Assembly (NCBI GenBank): GCA_002269645.1
Contig: NIVC01000954.1
Location: forward strand, 62,001 to 126,000
Length of the DNA: 64,000 nt
Direction of reading: 5' to 3'
From: Macrostomum lignano
Lineage: Eukaryota
Below, in pieces: positions 56,425 through 64,000 of this stretch. A model generated the notes under the pieces. That model searched no databases and was not told the DNA's origin. It worked only from the letters and a program-made list of their open reading frames with translations. The position numbers and the translations under genes were made by a program. Position 1 is the stretch's first letter. Every line of letters begins with the position of its first letter.

Positions 56425-56690
56425 ATCGCTATGAGATTATTGCAAAGCTGCTATAAGATTATTGCAAAGCTGCTATGAGATTATTGAAGAGCTACTATGA
56501 GATTATTTAAGAGCTACTATGAGAGTATTGAAGAGCTACAATGGGGGTATTGCAAAGCTGCTATGAGACTATTGCAAAGCTGCTATGAGATTATTGAAGA
56601 GCTACTATCAGATTACTGAGGAGCTACTATGAGATTATTAAAAAGCTACTATGATATTATTAAAGAGCTGCTATGAGATTATTGTAAAGA
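56425..56690. repeat. 22-bp tandem repeat (CTATGAGATTATTGCAAAGCTG)n
   Basis: About 11 units; preceded by ~32-bp repeats at 56325-56420. Confidence 0.85.
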
Positions 56691-56706
56691 ATTATTATTA
56701 TTAATA

Positions 56707-57412
56707 TTAAAAGTGACCGCAGTGCCTACACATGGCTCCCCAGAATAAACCAGACAGTTCGCAGTTTGGGTAGCGCGACCGATTGCTGCCACCAGAGCCT
56801 TAAGTGTAGCTGCCAGAGCCTTGGGTGTAGCCGCAAGAGCCTTGGGTGTAGCCGCCAGAGTCTTGGGTATAGCCGCCAAAGCCTTGGGTGTAGCCGCCAG
56901 AGCCTTAGGTGTAGCCGCCAGAGCCTTGGGTGTAGCCGCCAAAGCCTTGGGTGTAGCCGCCAGAGCCTTGGATGTAGCCGCCAGAGCCTAGGGTGTAGCC
57001 GCCAGAGCCTTGGGTGTAGCCGCCAAAGCCTTGGGTGTAGCCGCCAGAGCCTTGGGTGTAGCCGCTTGTCAATTCAACGTTGAAATCGATGCCGGCAGCG
57101 CTACGCAACTGAGAGCGTCGTTTTCGGCACCCCTTGTACGCATGGCTCTTGGAACCGCAGAAGTAACATTCTGTGAATGATTTTGTAAATAAATAAACAA
57201 ATTATTATTTCAATCAAGGAGCTAACAACGAATATGTAAAATCGAATAACTAACAAGAAAAGTCGCTTTATGAGCTTTGTAAATATAACTGTAGTCATTA
57301 AACTCACTTTTCTGCACGCCACCGTCCTCTCCACGGCCACGGCCACGACCTCTGTCACTACCGCCGCCGCGGCCACCTCCACGGCCGGGACCGAAAAATT
57401 GTTAATAATCAT
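56707..57412 (-). pseudogene. Two-exon RGG / CCHC knuckle / (GGYTQGS)n / Cys4-like gene, disrupted; intron 57307-57170
   Basis: A phase-1 GT-AG intron joins GPGRGGGRGGGSDRGRGRGRG...QK to KCYFCGSKSHAYKGC in frame with the 21-bp repeat (56790-57064). Two CAA->TAA-type stops. Confidence 0.65.
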
Positions 57413-58074
57413 CTTTAAGATAAAAAAATGCGACGCAAAGGTCTGAAACAAAAATGGGAGCGTTCCGCCAGTTAAGAAATCTGTAAACTCAAATATGAAG
57501 TTGTTTGTGTAAAGTTTTCGAACAATTGCATTTATTAATCAAAAGTACCAGAATTTATGCTACCCAGGGAGTCACCCCTAAGCGTAAATGAATTGCAAAT
57601 TATTAGTAATTCATGTATACATAAATTATATACTACAATATTCCTAACAAGGACTTACTGTACCCTCTCTTAAACAAGAAGGGGATAATAATTAATACAA
57701 CTAACAAAACGGAGAATTAAAGAATAGACAGAAATCCAACAAATGACAGGACTTTGTGAAAGGTCTTTTAACATTTTTTCTATCCTCTTTTAGATGACTG
57801 GACATTATTCAAAGAAAATAGGTAGCGCATAATTAAGTGAATGGACATTATTTAAGGTAGCGTATAAATATGTGTTTGAACATTATTCAAGGTAGCGCAT
57901 AATTATGTGAATGAACATTATTCAAGGTAGCGCATAATTATGTGAATGAACATTATTCAAGGTATTCAAGCCAATAACGTCAACGTATCTGTGAAACACG
58001 AATGGGATTTGGAATTTCTAAGTTTCTTAGACCCTTAGCACATTCTTCTCTCTTCCATCCTTCCAATTGTTTGT

Positions 58075-59085
58075 TTGTTTGTGTGTACGCAATCGATTAG
58101 AGAAAAAATGGCTGGACCGATTTCGTTCGAACTTGCACTGTTCAATCAGAAATTTTCCCGTGACGGTACATGTGTCTTGGCTAAGAAATTGCTCGATGCT
58201 GAAGGCATTAAATATTCGAAAAACATGATTTTTTGCAAAGGTCAAGCAAACTTTTCGACTTGAAATGTATTGTAAGAATGCAAAGAGAAAAAAATTGACT
58301 GGTTGAATTCTGATTCTGAAATAGATTGCATCATAACTGAATTGCGTTACAGTATTGAAAATGCAGTGTGGAAGCGTAGCACCAGACTTGATTTAGATTG
58401 CGTAACCATATTGTCAACTTTAATTGAGACTGATACTGACTTGCCTAGGAAATTGATTATGTCATAACTGCTTCGTGAGTGAGTGTTGAATTATAAAATT
58501 GCTACAATTTCATTTATAAATTCGATAAGAGCTAGCCTAGATGTGAACAGACTGGACTGCTAATGCAGCGACCTGGGTTCGAATCTTAGTAGAGAAATGT
58601 TTCTTTATTGAAAGCTTTTATTAAAGGACTAATAAAGGACTAAAGGCGTCATTTAAAAAATCATAGAAGCGTCATGAAAAATCATAGAAGCGTCATGTAA
58701 ACAATCATAGAAGCGTCATGAAAAATCACAGAAGCGTCATGTAAACAATCATAGAAGCGTCATGTAAACAATATTAGAAGCGTCAGGTAAAAATCATAGA
58801 AGCGTCATGAAAAATCATAGAAGCGTCATGTAAACAATCATAGAAGCGTCATGTAAACAATCATAGAAGCGTCATGTAAACAATCATAGAAGCGTCATGT
58901 AAATGTAAACAATCATAGAAGCGTCATGTAAACAATCATAGAAGCGTCATGTAAACAATCATAGAAGCGTCAGGTAAAAATCATAGAAGCGTCATGTAAA
59001 AATCAATTTTCAATCAATAATTTTTGTCATTGTGATTTTTTTGTGTTTGTGATTTCAAAGCTCTGTGCACCCCATTGGCAGCTAG
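58075..59085 (+). mobile_element. Third Helitron-family copy: core, tRNA-Ser-like block (58528-58592), satellite (58645-59005) and alternative 3' end
   Basis: Near-exact reverse complement of 41290-41830; ends CCCCATTGGCAGCTAG. Confidence 0.8.
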
Positions 59086-59445
59086 ATACAGCCTCTAAAC
59101 AGACCATAAAATACAGTCAGTAAACAGACAATACAGCCTCTTAACAGACCATAAAATACAGTCAGTAAACAGACAATACAGCCTCTTAACAGACCATAAA
59201 ATACAGTCAGTAAACAGACAATACAGCCTCTTAACAGACCATAAAATACAGTCAGTAAACAGACAATACAGTCTCTAAACAGACCATAAAATACAGTCAG
59301 TAAACAGACAATACAGCCTCTAAACAGACCATAAAATACAGTCAGTAAACAGACAATACAGTCTCTAAACAGACCATAAAATACAGCCTCTAAACAGACA
59401 ATACAGCCTCTAAACAGACCATAAAATACAGTCAGTAAACAGATA
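59086..59445. repeat. 45-bp tandem repeat
   Basis: ATACAGCCTCTAAACAGACCATAAAATACAGTCAGTAAACAGACA repeated about 8 times. Confidence 0.92.
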
Positions 59446-60456
59446 TAGTACAGGTATAAGCAGGTCAAACCTGTATGTATAATTGGAATTTATGAAGCAG
59501 CCCTCATTGAGAGTAGGTTGACTGCATCTTAACTGGGCTAAAAGAGTTTGTGAATGGTGTATAGGAGCTGCTCTATATACCCTGTGGTTCCAGACTCTAA
59601 AAGGAGCATTTGCAGTCAAGCTCTGTAGCAGCCTTAAGCAGAGCGGAGCGACTTAATGTTTGGTTTGAGAATGAATGTCTCTACATTTGCTTACACCGAA
59701 TGCATGCAATTGAGCAGTGACGCGAGTCGGCAGGTAGTCAGGATGGCATATACATGTACATTTTTGTACCGCTAAAGCTATACTGGCTGCTTGTCGATGG
59801 CACCATCTGCTGAAGCGACAGTCGATCCTTTTGTAATAAATTATTACATTTTTCAATATCTGTACCAAATATTAAACTTGCTCAGCGTTAGTAGTCAGAA
59901 GCAGATCATATATCGTTTGAATAAATACAAGTGTTTGTTTAACTTTTGTTTCAATTTTTAAACTTCAATTTGTGGTTGTTAATAGTTTAAAATTTAATTT
60001 GCCGTTCGCTTCTTTGTTAGTTATAGCAGTTAAAAAAGGATAAAACAGTTTTTTGTACTGTGTGTAATAATCCTAAAACTTTGAAATTATTACATTATTG
60101 CAAATTTTCACTTGCTACGCTCGTATTAGCAGCAGAAGATCATATCATATCATTTGAATAAATACGTGTGTTTGTTAAGGTATTGTTTTTTTAACTTCTG
60201 AACGTCAATTTTCGGTTGTTTGAAATTTAATTAAAAGGACGTACTGGTTTGTTGTTCCTTTGTTTGTTGTAGCTCGTAACAGTACAGTTGAACAGTATTG
60301 GTATTTTGTACATGTACTGTGTATATGTTTAATACGAACAGAAATGTATAATACTTCGGCGAATTTATGCACGCAGTTTCGTATCATCCTACACTCAAAG
60401 TATGCAAGTAGTAAATGATACGCGTATATGCACGTTCTTCGTAGTGATGTGCTATG

Positions 60457-61339
60457 GTCATGTAAACAATTATAGAAGCGTCATGTAAACAATCATAGAA
60501 GCGTCATGTAAAAAATCATAGAAGCGTCATGTAAACAATCATAGAAGCGTAATGTAAACAATCATAGAAGCGTCGTGTAAATGTAAACAATCATAGAAGC
60601 GTCATGTAAACTATCATAGAAGCGTCAGGTAAAAATCATAGAAGCGTCAAAAAAATCATAGAAGCGTCATGTAAACAATCATAGAAGCGTCATGAAAAAT
60701 CATAGAAGCGTCATGTAAAAAAATCATAGAAGCGTCATGTAAAAAAAGCATAGAAGCGTCATGTAAAAAATCATAGAAGCGTCATACAAAAAAGTCATAG
60801 AAGCGTCATGTAAACAATCATAGAAGCGTCATACAAAAAATTATAGAAGCGTCATGTAAAAATCGTAGAAGCGTCATGTAAAAAATCATAGAAGCGTCAT
60901 GTAAACAACCATAAAAGCGTCATAGAAAAAATCATAGAAGCGTCATGTAAATGTAAACAATCATAGAAGCGTCATGTAAAAATCATAGAAGCGTCATGTA
61001 AACAATCATAGAAGCGTCATACAAAAAATCATAGAAGCGTCATGTGAACAATCATAGAAGCGTCATGTAAAAAATCATAGAAGCGTCATGTAAAAAATCA
61101 TAGGAGTGTCATGTAAACAATTATAGAAGCGTCATGTAAACAATCATAGAAGCGTAATGTAAGCAATCATAGAAGCGTCATGTAAACAATCATAGAAGCG
61201 TCATGTAAACAATCATAGAAGCGTCATGTAAAAATCATAGAAGCGTCATGTAGAAATCAGTTTTCAATCAATAATTTTTGTCATTGTGATTTTTTTGTGA
61301 TTGTGATTTCAGAGCTCTGTGCACCCCATTGGCAGCTAG
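60457..61339 (+). repeat. 23-bp satellite array 4 with the same 3' tail as copy 3
   Basis: Array 60457-61257. The tail TTTTCAATCAATAA...GTGCACCCCATTGGCAGCTAG is shared with 59005-59085. Confidence 0.9.
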
Positions 61340-61810
61340 ATAATTGCTCGTACTGCCAATATTATTGCACAGACCTGAGACTGATTAAAAGTTGAAATTC
61401 AGGCTTGACTGTGCCGACCTTGCTTCCTACTCCAAACCCTTACCCCCTCAATCTTGAGGCAGGCAGTGTACATTTCTAGCCCTCCGCTTCCGAATGTACA
61501 CACATGGACTGGAGAGCCCACACCGACTCTGTTTTATCTGTCTTATCGAGTTTTTATTTTTTTTTTACAACAATAGCCTAGCCCTAGGACCTGATAAATA
61601 ACTTGCTATTAAGTTTGGTTATATCTGATTCTTCAGACATTCAACTCAATCTGCTAAAAACTCTCCTATCATTTCAAGCATTCCATTCTATATTCTATTA
61701 TTCAATTATTCTATTACTATTTACTACTCTATTATTCTATTACTATTCTATTACTATTCTATTACTATTACTTTTTTAGTATTCTATACTATACTATAAA
61801 TACTATAAAT

Positions 61811-64000
61811 ATGGTTCGACGCGGTGCCAGCAGTTTAAAGAAGAGTCGCGATGCCAAGCGACGGCGACAGGCTGAATCGGAGGCTGATCGCGAGGCCCGA
61901 CTGGAGGAAGAACGGCAGCGGGTTGCTCAGCGCAGAGACGCAGAGACTGAGGCTGAACGAGCTGCCCGACTGGAGGAAAAACGGCAGCGGGTTGCTCAGC
62001 GCAGAGACGCAGAGACTGAGGCTGAACGAGCTTCCCGACTGGAGGAAAAACGGCAGCGGGTTGCTCAGCGCAGAGACGCAGAGACTGAGGCTGAACGAGC
62101 TGCCCGACTGGAGGAAGAACGGCAGCGGGTTGCTCAGCGCAGAGACGCAGAGACTGAGGCTGAACGAGCTGCCCGACTAGAAGCCGAACAGATTCGTCGC
62201 CGTGGAGCTTCGGTTTCCAGGTGAGTTTTATGATGCTTTTACTCATGACACTATACTCATGAAACATTAATGAAATATTATGAAATATTATGAAATAAAA
62301 TATTAGAGATTTAGTATTTTTGGATTGGATATTGCATAGGAATGTGTTTCTAAGAATCTGCCTTTCTAAGAAACGTTTCTAAGAATTTGTAATTGTAAGA
62401 AAGGTTTTCTAAGAATCCGTATTTGCAATAATGTATTTCTAAGTATCTGCATTTCTAAGAACCGTTTCTAAGAATTTGTAATTGTAGGATTGTAGGAAAG
62501 GTTTTCCAATCTAATGATCTGTTTTTGTAAGAAAGCATTTCTAGGAATCTGTATATTACATAGGAATGTGTTTCTAAGAATCTGTATTTCTATGAATCTG
62601 AATTGCAAGAAACGTTTCTAAAAATCTGTATTTGTAGGAATGTGTTTCTGGTTTCTCAGAGTTTTTATATGTGACAATAAGCTTTTCAGAGTCTTCTAAA
62701 TATAATTCAATCTTTCAGGTTTGGTAGTGGTGAGTTGGATACACGAGCTGTGGTACCATTCGATACGCTAAGTGTTGTTTGGATCCCTGGTGATGGGAAT
62801 TGCTTTTTTCATGCAGTCTGTGACCAGTTGCAGGGCACTCCGCTTGAGACTAATGCGGCATCTTTAAGGCAGGAGCTAACGTGTCGTGCAGTGCAGGTAA
62901 TGCCAGAATTGATTGAAGAAGGCTTTGTTTTACCGGAGAATGCAGATTCTATAATTAATGAGTCTTTTTCTGAGGGCACCTATGTTCCAGATGACGTTGT
63001 GCCACTTTTAAGCCGCTTTTTCAATGTTGACCTGGTTATTTATCAGGCAAATGGCAGTGTATTGCAGCACTGCATGTCCACTGTGCAGCCACCCACTGCA
63101 ATTGTGCGTATCCTTTTACGTCATGAGCACTATGAGTCGTTGCGCGTGACTGATCCACTGCCAGTTTCTGAGCCCGTTGCAGATGCAGAGGCGCCGAGTT
63201 TAACGGAGCAGAGGGCAGATCTGTCCGATTCAGGCCATTTTGGTGCGGGTCGTTCTGATGCAGGATCTGCTCAAATTAGGTAGGCTTATTTGTGCTGCTG
63301 GTACGTGTAATTTTTTATATTGTAGTTTTTATATTTACATTTTACATTTTATAAACTTTGGGTGTCTATATTGTTACAATAGTAACCATTTTGTGCATGC
63401 ATATAACTCGATCGCAGGCCTGACAGAATACCGAGGCCAGAGGCCCCGGCCCATGATTGCGGCCCAATGAATAGGGCATGCAATGAATGCGGTGCTCTAC
63501 TCTGGCGGGCAGAAACCAGGAATTTCTGCTGCGCCAAAGGTAAGGTGAAGTAGCCCAGCCGCACCGTGCCTCAAGTGCTGGCGGATCTGTACATGGGGCG
63601 GCACAGATTCAGTGCCGCGTTCCTGGCCAACATCAGGAGCTACAACTCGGCGCTGCACCTGACCTCGCTGGGTGCCAAACTGCGGTTGGTGCCAGGCTGG
63701 TGTCCCAGCTTCATCATCAGCGGCCAGATGCATCACCGCACGGCGCCGCTGTTTGCAGAGGCTTCAGCTGAAGCTCAGGGATGGCAGGTGTATTTCAACG
63801 ATCGCGAACTCGAAAGCCGCCAGAGTCTCAGCCAGAAGGTAAAGCCGGAGCTACTGGAGCTGCTGCAGACGCTGCTTCACGAGTGCAACGGCTATGTCCG
63901 CAGCCTGAAGGCTGCTGCTGAGCGAATTAGCCAAGACCCGGAGCTGGGAGATGCGCGAATTGTGATTCACCCTGACCGTCGACCATCTGGGGAACACATT
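61811..64000 (+). mobile_element. 5' part of a Helitron RepHel gene: charged-repeat exon (61811-62220), OTU protease exon (62719-63279), Rep/Hel N-terminal exon (63418-end) with in-frame stop 63551-63553
   Basis: Both GT-AG introns are phase 2 and keep frame. 69-bp repeat encoding EAERAARLEEERQRVAQRRDAET; PGDGNCFFHAV...HYES; CGPMNRACNECGALLW..E...CCAKGKV, NIRSYNSA, GQMHHR and NGYV. Confidence 0.88.

Overview
Eukaryotic (animal-like) repeat-dense DNA made almost entirely of nested mobile elements. It has GT-AG introns, TTAGGG tracts and no recognisable conserved host gene, so the species cannot be determined. The left 28 kb holds decayed Polinton/Maverick-like viral modules: a PLA2-like/integrase fusion gene, a D5-type primase-helicase and two paralogues of an unknown spliced gene. 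The main result is that the PLA2-integrase gene is split at its conserved G|P-x-T motif by a group I intron (minus strand, 13994->9930). The intron shows P/Q/R/S elements, a compensatory change in P7, a U.G P1 wobble and a terminal G. It carries a restriction-enzyme-like PD-(D/E)xK ORF looped out by a perfect 12-bp stem. That ORF was later interrupted by a satellite- and TTAGGG-carrying non-autonomous Helitron (10427-13597). The 5' part of the intron was then triplicated in tandem, and one copy was hit by a young full-length LOA-like LINE. The rest of the window contains Gypsy remnants and LTRs, a Crypton tyrosine-recombinase remnant, mariner and hAT fragments, several satellites, a spliced RGG/CCHC pseudogene and the 5' part of an OTU-carrying Helitron. 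All family assignments come from motif recognition by eye; no database searches were run.
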